From NCBI GenBank assembly GCA_020634235.1, contig JACKCB010000001.1, positions 442,945 through 506,944 on the forward strand: a stretch of DNA of 64,000 nucleotides, read 5' to 3'. This DNA is from Ardenticatenaceae bacterium. Its GTDB lineage: Bacteria > Chloroflexota > Anaerolineae > Promineifilales > Promineifilaceae. Numbering within the stretch: position 1 is the first letter of the stretch; each line of letters opens with the position of its first letter. Of this stretch, positions 52,263-61,804 are shown in pieces. Below the pieces are notes generated by a model. That model searched no databases and had not been told where the DNA came from. It saw only the letters and a list, made by a program, of their open reading frames with translations. The translations under genes and the position numbers were made by a program.

Positions 52263-53240
52263 GTGGCTAACTTAATCTACCAACTCGTTGTCCGACGGGG
52301 ACCACAAGAAGGGCACATTTACCCACTGACCGGTGACATCATGACGATTGGGCGCGATCCCATGTCGGAGGTTGTCATCAGCGATCCGGAAGTCTCGCGG
52401 CAGCACGCCCGGCTAACGCGCAATGCCGATGGACGGATTGACCTGCAAGATTTAGGCAGCACAAACGGTACGTTTGTGGATGGAAACCGGCTGGGCGGTG
52501 ATAAGGTCACATTGACGCCCGGCCAGGTGGTTGTAGTAGGCAGCAATGTCACTCTGGTCTTCGAGGCGGTGGTTGACCAACTGGCTACCGTGGTTTCCTC
52601 GCGGGAAGACCTGCATTTTGACGAAGCGCCTGTGATGGCCACTCCGGAAGAGGCAGCAATGCCTGAACAGGCGTTTGCGCCGCCCATGGAGCCGGAAGAG
52701 GTTGTGGAGGACATGTCGCAGGCGAAGACGGACGCGCTGGAACCAGAAGGAGCGCCTCCGATGGCCGCCATGGATGCTGCCCCACCGCCCATGCATGATG
52801 CTACGATGATTGACCCGGCGTTTGCCGAACCGGAGAAACCGGCCTATCCGATTTTTGGCTCGGCACCCAAGGAGCCAGAACCGCTGTATCCTTCGTCTCA
52901 GCCTTCGCCTTTGCCATCTTATGCGATGGGTGGTGGTGATGCGGGCAAGACGATGGTGGAGAGTGAACCAATGGCACAAGCGTCTCCCCCCCCGCCGCAA
53001 GGAATGCCGATGTATGGTGGGCAGTCTTCGCCTCCTCCCCCGCCGCCAGTGGACAGCGGCCCGGCCGGGGCGGGCAATAACCGCAACCGCAATATCATGA
53101 TTGCCGTGGTGGCTATTGTCCTCCTGTGCTGCTGCTGCCTGGCCCTGGGCTATATTGGCTGGACCTACGGTGATTCGATCCTGAGCCAGATCTCGGCCCT
53201 ACCCAACAGTGCCAGCCCACTGCTGAATCTCCGCGCTTAG
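52263..53240 (+). CDS. FHA domain protein with proline-rich linker and C-terminal TM anchor
   Basis: N-terminal FHA domain (TIGRDPMSEVVISDPEVSRQHARL ... GSTNGTFVDGNRL); Pro/Ala-rich low-complexity middle; C-terminal TM IMIAVVAIVLLCCCCLALGYI. GTG start with AGAGGGA SD. Confidence 0.8.
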   Translation: MANLIYQLVVRRGPQEGHIYPLTGDIMTIGRDPMSEVVISDPEVSRQHARLTRNADGRIDLQDLGSTNGTFVDGNRLGGDKVTLTPGQVVVVGSNVTLVFEAVVDQLATVVSSREDLHFDEAPVMATPEEAAMPEQAFAPPMEPEEVVEDMSQAKTDALEPEGAPPMAAMDAAPPPMHDATMIDPAFAEPEKPAYPIFGSAPKEPEPLYPSSQPSPLPSYAMGGGDAGKTMVESEPMAQASPPPPQGMPMYGGQSSPPPPPPVDSGPAGAGNNRNRNIMIAVVAIVLLCCCCLALGYIGWTYGDSILSQISALPNSASPLLNLRA

Positions 53241-53322
53241 CGGTTTCAGTACCTACCAGGTTAAAAATAGAAAACGACCGGCCGGGCCGGTCGTTTTGTT
53301 TACCTGCTGTCTGGCGGGGCGG

Positions 53323-53778
53323 TTACTCCTGGGTTTTGTCTTTGTCGATGATGATTTCGTGTTCGGCGTCGATGATGATGGCGTCTTTCCAGGGGTCGGG
53401 GTCCTCCCCGGCCGGGGCGTGCGCCATCCCATCCACCACCTGCGGGCCGCCCATCTCCTGCTGCAGCATGTCCAGGTATTTACCCACCACGTGCGGCGGG
53501 GCCAGGTCAATAAACACCTTGGCCCCCACCACCAGCGCCGTCAGGTCATCCAACTGTCCCAACAGCGGCGCGACATCGGGGATAAGGTCGATGGGGAAAA
53601 TTACATAGGCCACGCCCAGCAAGGGGACCAGCTTCAGGTAGATGGGCACCTCCGGGTCACGCATCAGGTAGTAAATGAGGCGGATTTGCTGCCACAGCTC
53701 GCGCCAGAAACCGCTTTTCCCGGCCACTTCTTCCAATGACGTTGTTCCTGTATTATCCATTTCATCCTTTTCCTTCAT
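53323..53778 (-). CDS. DUF1232 (YkvA-like) membrane protein
   Basis: Conserved YkvA-like segment YLKLVPLLGVAYVIFPIDLIPDVAPLLGQLDDL; GGAGGT SD. Confidence 0.7.
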   Translation of the reverse strand: MKEKDEMDNTGTTSLEEVAGKSGFWRELWQQIRLIYYLMRDPEVPIYLKLVPLLGVAYVIFPIDLIPDVAPLLGQLDDLTALVVGAKVFIDLAPPHVVGKYLDMLQQEMGGPQVVDGMAHAPAGEDPDPWKDAIIIDAEHEIIIDKDKTQE

Positions 53779-53847
53779 CTAAACTACCTCCTAATACGCA
53801 GCAATGCGGCTTTGGGTTGCACCGGCTGCCTCCGCCACTGGTCCAGT

Positions 53848-55140
53848 TCATCGCTGCCCGGCCACATAGTCTGCGAGCTGTGGCAAGATGGGGTTGATAT
53901 CGTAATTCTTCCAGTAGCCAAACCCCCCGGCCGTGAAGATGGTAAAGCCAATGACGTAGCCATCCTGGCGCGTACCCACGTCATACCACGCCAGTTGGTT
54001 GATGAAGGATTGCGTGCCGTCTGGCCCCCAGCCCTGCTGGACCCAGTAGTCCTGGAAATCGGCCCAGCCCAGGCCATCCGGCCCCGGCCGGTTGCCAATA
54101 ATGCCATCAATGCCCGCTTCAGAGATAACCAGGGGGATGACCAACCCGGCCGGTTCCAAAAAATCCCGGTAGAACCAGCGGTAGCGAAACGTCAGCGAGC
54201 CGCGGTCGGGGTAGGTGGGCAGGCCGGGCAGCGGGTCGCCGTAGAGATAGGTCATGTCTGGCGCGCCGTATTCATGCAGGGTCAGGATGCCGCGATGCTC
54301 CTTGGCCACGGCAATGGCCGGCACAAACAGGGCAAACTCGTCGTACTCCGGCACGCCGGTGGCAAAGCCGCCAATGGCGGCGCGCAGGCCATGTTGGGCC
54401 ATCACCCGCACCCGCTCCGCCTCGAAGCGCGCGTACCAGGGCATATTGTTCATATTCGGGTCGGGTTCGTTGTACCCTTCCCAGTAGTCCACGGCCGGAT
54501 TGGCCCGGTAGCTTTCCAGTTGGTCGGCCACAAAATCACGGGCCGACTGCTCCGGATCGGTTTCGTAATAGGGTCCCCCCTGCACTTCAATGCGGCCCAC
54601 GGTAACTGTCCAGGGGGAGGCTTCCTTCACGTCGGCCAAAAAGCCCAGGTCGTCCACCGCCTTGATAACCGCCGGCTGGCCACGGCGCACAAACTCCATG
54701 ATGTTGGGGTCGTTGTTGCGAATGACGTGCAGCCCCATTTTGCTGGGGCCGAGGGCGTCGGTCGGCGGCAGGGTGGGAATGATGGCCACGTAAGGTTCGG
54801 CCGGGTCGCGGGTGGGCACGGCGATGGTCGGGGTGGCCGTCGGTGGGCGCGGCGTCCGGCTGGGGAAGATGGGGGTAACTGAGGGCAATGGTGTGGCCCC
54901 GGCCGGGTCCAGGCGGTTGAAGTTGGTGGCCGGGTCGGGGGTGTGCTCCGGCAAGGGGGTCCAGGTAGCCGGCACGCCATCAATCAGGACCATCCCGGCC
55001 GGGGCCACCGCCGCCACCGCCCGCGTGGGCAAAGCCGCCAGCTCAGCCGTAGTCTGGCAGCCAGCCAGCCCCAACAGCCCCATACCCAGCACAAGCGCCA
55101 GAAACCGCCTGCGGATTAGCCAAGATATCCACTCGTTCAT
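53848..55140 (-). CDS. lipoprotein with clan GH-A (beta/alpha)8 glycoside-hydrolase-like domain
   Basis: Lipobox LAGCQ; Pro/Thr-rich linker; candidate catalytic motifs WEGYNEPD (acid/base NEP) and VISEAGID (nucleophile Glu). Confidence 0.5.
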   Translation of the reverse strand: MNEWISWLIRRRFLALVLGMGLLGLAGCQTTAELAALPTRAVAAVAPAGMVLIDGVPATWTPLPEHTPDPATNFNRLDPAGATPLPSVTPIFPSRTPRPPTATPTIAVPTRDPAEPYVAIIPTLPPTDALGPSKMGLHVIRNNDPNIMEFVRRGQPAVIKAVDDLGFLADVKEASPWTVTVGRIEVQGGPYYETDPEQSARDFVADQLESYRANPAVDYWEGYNEPDPNMNNMPWYARFEAERVRVMAQHGLRAAIGGFATGVPEYDEFALFVPAIAVAKEHRGILTLHEYGAPDMTYLYGDPLPGLPTYPDRGSLTFRYRWFYRDFLEPAGLVIPLVISEAGIDGIIGNRPGPDGLGWADFQDYWVQQGWGPDGTQSFINQLAWYDVGTRQDGYVIGFTIFTAGGFGYWKNYDINPILPQLADYVAGQR

Positions 55141-55370
55141 CCTGTTTCCTGTCCGTTATCCGCTGTGTGTGGGCCAAGTGACCGCGCCTGATAGACCATG
55201 CTGCGATTCTACCATCCCCCCTGCCCCTGGCCAATGCCCCTTTGCGCCTACCCGGCCGGGTGTTACAATAAACTTATTCAAACCGGCAAGTGCGGCGTGC
55301 TTTTTCCAGAGCAGCAATCGACCACAACATCATTCTCAGGTGCGCTAGCCCTGGCCGCACACAGGAACCT

Positions 55371-56219
55371 ATGACACTATTCTTCGCTTTCAAACTACTG
55401 ATCGTCGCCTTCTTCCTGGTCATGTTTCTCCGAGGAGCCAGGCTGCCCTGGGGCGTCGGGCTGCTAACCGTAACCACCGCCTTCCTGCTGGACACCTTCC
55501 TGGGCACTTTCGGGCGGGAAGCGATGATCGACCAGTTGGGCTTCTTCTTCTACATCATCAGCGGCGCGCTGTTCGCCGGGGCAGCGTTCTGGCTGTGGGG
55601 CATTTTGCGCCCGGCGGCCGGCGCGGCGGCCACGGCACCCGTAACCGTGGCCCGCATGGTGCCCTACGACCAACCGGCCGGGACCCCCACCCGCGCCGCC
55701 CGCCCCAACAGCGGCACCGCCGTCGATCTGCAAATGCTGCACCAACAGATTCATGATCGCCTGGGGCCGGACGATATTTTGGACCTGATTTTTGACCTGG
55801 GGCTGAATGAAAACGAAGTGCTAAGCCCCAACCAGGACATTCACCAACTCATTCTGCGGCTGCTGGACCTGGCCGAGCAGCGCGGCCAGATGAGCGCCCT
55901 GGCCCTGGCCGTGGAGCGCATCCTGACGCCGCTGCCGCCGGAGAATTTGCCCCGGCCGGAGAAAATCACCGTCGATTCGCCCCCCACCGTACTGCGCCAA
56001 TACCTGCTGGCCCATTACACCGAAGCGGAATTACAGACCCTGGCCAGCGATCTGGGCGTCGATTGGGAGCAGTTAGATCACCGTCACAAGAAGGCACTGG
56101 CCCGCGGCCTGCTGCTGTACCTGTACCGGCGCAACCGGCTGGATGAGCTGGTTCGCTGGTTACAACCCACCCCAGCAGAAGCCCCCGGCCGGGAATCGGA
56201 CAATGAAACACAATCATAA
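55371..56219 (+). CDS. membrane protein with two tandem death-like 'effector-associated domain' (EAD)-type helical modules
   Basis: Three N-terminal TM helices. Then two repeats of the pattern EL..L..DLG(V/L)...L......K/+.hLLhaL.(R/Q)+..h..L (ILDLIFDLGLNENEVL...LILRLLDLAEQRGQM and ELQTLASDLGVDWEQL...ALARGLLLYLYRRNRLDELVRWL). AGGAAC SD before ATG at 55371. Confidence 0.5.
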   Translation: MTLFFAFKLLIVAFFLVMFLRGARLPWGVGLLTVTTAFLLDTFLGTFGREAMIDQLGFFFYIISGALFAGAAFWLWGILRPAAGAAATAPVTVARMVPYDQPAGTPTRAARPNSGTAVDLQMLHQQIHDRLGPDDILDLIFDLGLNENEVLSPNQDIHQLILRLLDLAEQRGQMSALALAVERILTPLPPENLPRPEKITVDSPPTVLRQYLLAHYTEAELQTLASDLGVDWEQLDHRHKKALARGLLLYLYRRNRLDELVRWLQPTPAEAPGRESDNETQS

Positions 56220-56988
56220 ACCTGGCTACCTGTTCATCCTGTTATTCTGCTGGCTGCTGCTGGCCGCCCCCCGGCCGGGGCAAGCCCAGGAAGACACCCC
56301 CCAACTCACCGTGCGCCTCGGCCGCGACTTTGGCTACTCCAGCGGCGGCGGTGACATCCAGGGCACCTTCTCCTTCCGCGCCAGCGGCCCAGACAACCTG
56401 GAAAGCGTCACCTTCTACATCGACGACGAGGCCATTGGCACCGTCACCCAGCCCCCCTTCCGCTTACAGTTCAACACCGACAACTACGGCCTGGGGCTGC
56501 ACACCCTGCGGGCCACCGGCGTCACCAGCGACGGCCAGATACTGGAATCCACCCCCATCGTGCGCAACTTCGTCACCGCCGGCGAAGGCTGGCAGGCCGC
56601 CGGCAGAATCGTGGTGCCCCTGCTGGGGGGCATGGTTCTCATCATGGCCGTCGCCTGGGGCATTACCATGCTGGCCAGCCGCCGGCGCGGCACGCTGCCA
56701 TTGGGCGCGCCACGCCAGTATGGCGCTTATGGCGGCGCCATCTGCCCCAAATGCCAGCGCCCCTACAGCATGCACATGTTGGCCTTCAACCTGCTCACCA
56801 GTCGGTATGATTACTGCCCCCACTGCGGCAAATGGAGCCTGGTAAAGCGAGCCACGCCACAGGAACTGGCCGCCGCCGAACAGGCAGAGCTGGCCCTGGC
56901 CTCCCCAGACGCCCAGGTCCCAGAACTCAGCCCGGAAGAGAAGCTGCGCCGCCAGCTAGAGGATTCACGGTTTGAAGATACCCGCTAA
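56203..56988 (+). CDS. membrane protein with extracytoplasmic Ig-like domain and cytoplasmic zinc-ribbon
   Basis: Signal peptide; Ig-like segment (VTFYIDDEAIGTVTQPPFRLQF ... HTLRATGV); TM; CPKCQRP...CPHCGKW zinc-ribbon. Overlaps the previous gene by 17 nt (likely operon). Confidence 0.55.
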   Translation: MKHNHKPGYLFILLFCWLLLAAPRPGQAQEDTPQLTVRLGRDFGYSSGGGDIQGTFSFRASGPDNLESVTFYIDDEAIGTVTQPPFRLQFNTDNYGLGLHTLRATGVTSDGQILESTPIVRNFVTAGEGWQAAGRIVVPLLGGMVLIMAVAWGITMLASRRRGTLPLGAPRQYGAYGGAICPKCQRPYSMHMLAFNLLTSRYDYCPHCGKWSLVKRATPQELAAAEQAELALASPDAQVPELSPEEKLRRQLEDSRFEDTR

Positions 56989-57064
56989 GGTGTGAGCCGG
57001 GCAGCGTCCTGCGCCTGGCGCAGGCGTTCACCCCCTCCTCCTGCGCCCATCGACACCCGCCCCA

Positions 57065-58921
57065 ATGCCCCCACCCACAGCCAGAGAACGACGCCGGCAG
57101 GCCCTCCAGCGCCAGACAGAGCGGGTTGGCCGGCAGGTAGCGACCTGGCAGCAGCAAAGCCAGCGGCTCTCCCTGGCCCGGCTGCTGCTGTTTTTACTGG
57201 CCTTTGTGGCCACGGCCGCCGCTTTCTTCACCAATGGCCCGCGCCTGGCCCTGCTGACGGCCGTCCTGGCCGCCATCCCCTTCCTGGTTACCGTCTATCT
57301 GCACCGGCGGCTGGAGGCCGGCTTGCAGCGCCACCGGCTGTGGCGGGAGCTGCGCCTGGCCCACCTGGCGCGCATGGACCTGGCCTGGGAGCAACTGCCG
57401 GCGGCCCGCTTCCACCACGCCCCGCCCAACCATCCCTTTGCCCTGGACCTGGATTTGCTGGGGGATTACGCCCTCCACCGCCTGCTGGACACCGCGGCCA
57501 CGCGTGACGGCAGCCAACGGCTGCTGGAGTGGCTGCTAGACACAGCGCCCGAAGCCGGCACCATCCAACTGCGGCAGGCGCTGGTGCAGGAGCTGGTGCC
57601 CCTGGCCCGCTTTCGTGACCGGCTGGCGCTGCAAGCGCGGCTGGCCGGCCGGGATCAGGCCGACCATTGGGCAGCGGACAAGGTGCGGGCCTGGCTGGCA
57701 GAACCGCCGCCGGGGCCAGGTGCGCGCCGGCTGCTGCTGCTGCTGGCCGGCCTGGGGCTAATCAATCTGCTGCTGCTGGGGCTGAATTTGCTGGGGCTGA
57801 TCCCGGCCGGGTGGGTCTTCGGCCTCTTCTTTTACTTCGCCATCTACTTCACCGCCGGCCGCCAGAGCAGCCAGGTCTTCCGGCGCAGCCTGGAGCTGCG
57901 CGACGCCTTCGAGCAGTTAGCGGCGGTGTTCCAGTTCCTGGAACGCTACCGGTATGGTCGCAACAGCCGGCTGCGGGCACACTGCCAACCCTTCCTGAGC
58001 GTCGATACGCGGCCATCCCGCTACCTGCGCCGCGTCCGCCAGGTTAGCGCTGCGTCCGGGTTATCACAGAACCCAGTGCTGTGGCTGTTGTTGAACCTGT
58101 TTGTACCCTGGGACCTCTTTTTCGGCTATCAGTTGGCGCGAGTACGCGAGCAGATTGCCGGCCAGGCCCCGCGCTGGCTCAGCACCTGGTTTGAGCTGGA
58201 GGCGCTGGGGGCGCTGGCCAATCTGCAATACCTCAATCCGGACTTCAGCTTCCCGACGTTTGCCGCTGCGGAAGAGACGCCTATCTTCACCGGCCGGGAA
58301 CTGGGCCACCCCCTCATCCCCCACCACAGCCGGATTTGCAACGACTTTACGCTTACCCGGCCGGGCGAGGTCGTCATTATCACCGGCTCCAACATGGCCG
58401 GCAAAAGCTCCTTCCTCCGCACCCTGGGCGTGAACCTTTGCCTGGCCTATGCCGGCGGGCCGGTCAATGCCACCGCACTGCACTGCGGCTGGTTCCGCCT
58501 GTACAGCGCCATCAAAGTGACCGACTCCGTCACCGATGGCATCTCCTACTTTTATGCTGAGGTGAAGCGGCTGAAAGGGCTGCTGGTGGCCCTGGAGCAG
58601 GCCGAGACCCGGCCGGTCTTCTTCCTCATCGATGAGATATTCCGCGGCACCAACAACCGCGAACGGCTGTTGGGCAGCCGCGCCTATTTGCAGGCGCTGC
58701 TTGGCCGCCAGGGGCTGGGCGCCATCTCTACCCATGATTTGGAGCTGGTGAAGCTGGCCGAAGGCGCGGCCGGGGTCCACAACTACCATTTCCGCGATGC
58801 CATCGCCGGGGGGCGCATGGTGTTCGATTACACGCTCCGGCCGGGGCCATGCCCCACCACCAACGCCCTAAAAATCATGCGCCTGGAGGGGCTGCCCGTC
58901 CCGGAGGAAGGAGCGCTTTAG
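57065..58921 (+). CDS. membrane-associated MutS-family ATPase (MutS domain V only; no mismatch-binding or Smr domain)
   Basis: Four predicted N-terminal TM helices. C-terminal ABC-type ATPase: Walker A GSNMAGKSSFLRTLG, signature-like TDGISYFYAEV, Walker B FFLIDEIFRGTN, and STHDLEL (MutS H-motif). Confidence 0.75.
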   Translation: MPPPTARERRRQALQRQTERVGRQVATWQQQSQRLSLARLLLFLLAFVATAAAFFTNGPRLALLTAVLAAIPFLVTVYLHRRLEAGLQRHRLWRELRLAHLARMDLAWEQLPAARFHHAPPNHPFALDLDLLGDYALHRLLDTAATRDGSQRLLEWLLDTAPEAGTIQLRQALVQELVPLARFRDRLALQARLAGRDQADHWAADKVRAWLAEPPPGPGARRLLLLLAGLGLINLLLLGLNLLGLIPAGWVFGLFFYFAIYFTAGRQSSQVFRRSLELRDAFEQLAAVFQFLERYRYGRNSRLRAHCQPFLSVDTRPSRYLRRVRQVSAASGLSQNPVLWLLLNLFVPWDLFFGYQLARVREQIAGQAPRWLSTWFELEALGALANLQYLNPDFSFPTFAAAEETPIFTGRELGHPLIPHHSRICNDFTLTRPGEVVIITGSNMAGKSSFLRTLGVNLCLAYAGGPVNATALHCGWFRLYSAIKVTDSVTDGISYFYAEVKRLKGLLVALEQAETRPVFFLIDEIFRGTNNRERLLGSRAYLQALLGRQGLGAISTHDLELVKLAEGAAGVHNYHFRDAIAGGRMVFDYTLRPGPCPTTNALKIMRLEGLPVPEEGAL

Positions 58922-59056
58922 CGGATAGCGCTGCTGCAAATGGGGAAAGGGGGTAAGCAGGATTGGACCAATCCGGGCCGTGATGCGGGTCGATTGGCCC
59001 AATCCTGAAGGGGCGCGACAAGGCAGCGGGCAGCAATGCCTCCCGGCCTTGCCCGA

Positions 59057-59299
59057 TTAGAAAATCGAGATCAGCAGGCTGCGCAAGATGGTGGCCAGGA
59101 TCAGCACCACGAAGGGGCTAAAATCCACGCCGCCGGTGGGAGGCAGCAAGCGCCGCACCGGGCCAAGAATCGGCTCGGTGATGTTTTCCAGGGTGCGGCG
59201 CACCGGGTGGTAGGGATCAAGATTCGTGAAGGAGATAATCGCGCGGGCGAAAATCACAATCACAAAGATCCGATAAAGCGTGTCAATCACAAATACCAT
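59057..59299 (-). CDS. yggT: YggT family membrane protein
   Basis: 80-aa two-TM protein with the YggT pattern (FARAIISF ... DFSPFVVLILATIL). Confidence 0.85.
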   Translation of the reverse strand: MVFVIDTLYRIFVIVIFARAIISFTNLDPYHPVRRTLENITEPILGPVRRLLPPTGGVDFSPFVVLILATILRSLLISIF

Positions 59300-59380
59300 G
59301 CACGTAATCCTCGTCTAAGGTTGCACTGCGCTGGCCAACGGCCCTGTTGCTGGCGGTTATCGCCTGTGGGCCGCAACTGG

Positions 59381-60115
59381 TCAGGTGCGCGAGCCGAATA
59401 TGGCCCGGCCAACGCGCACATGGGTGGCCCCGGCGGCAATGGCCAGTTCAAAGTCGTCGGTCATGCCCATGGAGAGCCAGGGCAGGGCCAGGTGGGGCAC
59501 GGCGGCTTGCAGCCAATCGGCCAGGGCGTGCGTGCGCCGGAACACCGCCTGAATCTCCCCGGCCGGGGCGTCCCAGGGAGCCATCGTCATCAGGCCCTGC
59601 AACTGTATACGGGGCAGCGCGGCAATCGTTGCAGCCGCCTCACGCAGGGCGGCCTGCTGCGCGGCGTCCGTCTCCCAGCGGTCAGCCGGGAAGCCCGATT
59701 TACTGGCCTCACCGGAGACATTAACCTCCAGCAGTACCGGCAGGGTTCGCCCCAGCTCGGCCAACTGCGCCGATAGGCGGCGGGCGATTTTCAGCCGGTC
59801 CAGGGCGTGAAAGATGTCGGCATGGGCGGCGGCCAGGCTCGCCTTACGGCTTTGCAGCGGTCCAATCAGGTGCCAGGTAATGCCGCTGTCCGGGCCAAGC
59901 ACCGCCTCTACGGCAGCGCGCTTCTCCGCCAACTCCTCCGGCCGGTTCTCGCCAAAGTGGCGCATCCCGGCCGCGTAGGCATCCAGCACCACCCCGGCCG
60001 GCCAGGTCTTGGTGACGGCCACCAGGGTAACTGCGCCTGGCGCCCGGCCGGTGGCGCGCTCCGCGGCCGCAATTCGGCTGATGGTTTCGTGGTAGCGTTC
60101 AGTAAGATTGCTCAT
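59381..60115 (-). CDS. yggS: YggS family pyridoxal-phosphate homeostasis protein
   Basis: VTLVAVTKT (PLP-lysine) motif; GENRPEEL; C-terminal MGMTDDFELAI/HVRVG, typical of the YggS/PLPBP family. Confidence 0.9.
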   Translation of the reverse strand: MSNLTERYHETISRIAAAERATGRAPGAVTLVAVTKTWPAGVVLDAYAAGMRHFGENRPEELAEKRAAVEAVLGPDSGITWHLIGPLQSRKASLAAAHADIFHALDRLKIARRLSAQLAELGRTLPVLLEVNVSGEASKSGFPADRWETDAAQQAALREAAATIAALPRIQLQGLMTMAPWDAPAGEIQAVFRRTHALADWLQAAVPHLALPWLSMGMTDDFELAIAAGATHVRVGRAIFGSRT

Positions 60116-60133
60116 CAGGTTATGGTTTACAGG

Positions 60134-61735
60134 TCAAGGGCAGGGTGGAAGCTGGTAGAGCCACATCTGCATCTTCGTCACGGAAAGGAAAGAACCAGTG
60201 AAAGTGTAAACCAGGCAGCTCTGGTTAACAAGGTCGTTGTAGGCGGCCAGGTCGGCCGCGCCCAGTTTGGCCGGGTCGCTGATGGCCTGGCTGAGGATGA
60301 CATAGCGAATGCCCCTGGCCTGGTACCAGGCCACATCTTGGTCATAAATGTGGAACTGCCTGGTCACCGGCCAGACGGCCGGGTCCAGGTTAGGTGGGAA
60401 GTAGTCCACGGCCAGCGGCGTCCCGGCCGGGAGGTTAGCTTCAAGCCAGTGCTGCGCCTGGGTGCGCACATCCTCGCTCTGCAAAGCCAGGTCCACGCGC
60501 ACGCTGCCCGCCAGCAGTGGCAGGAGGATGAGCAGGAAGAGCAGGGAAGAAGCGCGCGGTAGCCACCCGGCCGGGAGCCGCCGCCGCAGCCAACCAGTGA
60601 CCGAATCGAGCGCCAGGGCCGCCCAAATGGCAAACAGCGGGGCCGTGGGCAGCCACATGCGCCCTTCGCGCCGCACCTGGGTAACAATAGCCAGCCACAT
60701 AAGCAGGACAAAGCTGTTCACCAGCCAGCCACGCCGCCCCCAGGTGCGCCAGCTCAGGATCAGCCCCAGTAGCCCCACGAGAAAGAGCGGTGCGTTAGGG
60801 CCACGCAGCAGATGGTTGAGATACCACTGCCAGCTTGCCCCGGCCGGGTCTACCCCCGGCGCCTGGTACAGGTGCAGCACATAGCCCGTCCAATGCAAAA
60901 ACTCAGGCAGCGCCAGCAGCGCATATGGCGTCCCAACCAGAAAACCGGCAACCATCGCCAGCGGCCCGCACAGCACCCGCCAGCGCAGCCCATCCTCAAG
61001 CCGGCGGACCCGCAGCAGGGGCACCAGCAGCAGCGGACCGGCCAGAATCAAGCCATTGCCCTTGGTGGCCATCGCCAGCCCACACACAAATCCCGCCCCG
61101 GCATAAGCCGCCCAGCCATCCTCCTCCCAGCGATCATAGACGCGCAGCAGCAAATAGAGCGCCAACACACACCAAAAGGTGAGCGCGGTATCGGTTGTGG
61201 CAAAGTGGGCGTGGGTCACCAGCGCCGGCGTCACGGCGGCCAGGGCCGCCGCCAACAACGCCTGCCTCCGGCTGCCCAGCCGCCCGGCCAGCAGGTACAC
61301 CAGCAGCACAATGGCCAGGCCCAACAAAGCCGAGAAGGCGCGGGCGGCCACAAAATAGGCCGGGAACGCATACTGGGCGGGATAACTCCCCCGCTCAAAC
61401 AAGGGCAGTTCGGCCGGATCGGTGATCAAGCCGTGGCGGGCGTCATTCAGATACACCGGGACCGAAACGGCAGCCAGCGTGTAGACATGCAGGTTGCCGT
61501 AGTCCATCCGGATTGGCTGCAAATCCCCCGTCTTGAGAATGCTCAGGGCGGGCATCACCAGGGCATCTTCGTCCGGATGGTAAAGGTTGGGCAGACCAAA
61601 ATCCAGGCCCCACAAGCGAAGCCCTAGCGCCAGCAGCAGTATCCCGGCCAGCAGGATTTCTGTACAATGGCTCGCTATCTGTCGTATGAACGCCCGAAAT
61701 GGGGCAGCTCCAGGTAGTTTTAAGTTATCGGCCAT
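60134..61735 (-). CDS. polytopic membrane glycosyltransferase (GT39/GT83 ArnT/PMT-like)
   Basis: More than 10 TM helices with an early extracytoplasmic DE-containing loop (YHPDEDAL), characteristic of the GT-C fold; GGGAGGG SD. Confidence 0.6.
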   Translation of the reverse strand: MADNLKLPGAAPFRAFIRQIASHCTEILLAGILLLALGLRLWGLDFGLPNLYHPDEDALVMPALSILKTGDLQPIRMDYGNLHVYTLAAVSVPVYLNDARHGLITDPAELPLFERGSYPAQYAFPAYFVAARAFSALLGLAIVLLVYLLAGRLGSRRQALLAAALAAVTPALVTHAHFATTDTALTFWCVLALYLLLRVYDRWEEDGWAAYAGAGFVCGLAMATKGNGLILAGPLLLVPLLRVRRLEDGLRWRVLCGPLAMVAGFLVGTPYALLALPEFLHWTGYVLHLYQAPGVDPAGASWQWYLNHLLRGPNAPLFLVGLLGLILSWRTWGRRGWLVNSFVLLMWLAIVTQVRREGRMWLPTAPLFAIWAALALDSVTGWLRRRLPAGWLPRASSLLFLLILLPLLAGSVRVDLALQSEDVRTQAQHWLEANLPAGTPLAVDYFPPNLDPAVWPVTRQFHIYDQDVAWYQARGIRYVILSQAISDPAKLGAADLAAYNDLVNQSCLVYTFTGSFLSVTKMQMWLYQLPPCP

Positions 61736-61804
61736 AGTCTCGCCCTCCCTGGCAATCCAATTGCTATCCCCACAGTTCCTGAAAATCTCTGAGGACCACC
61801 GGCC

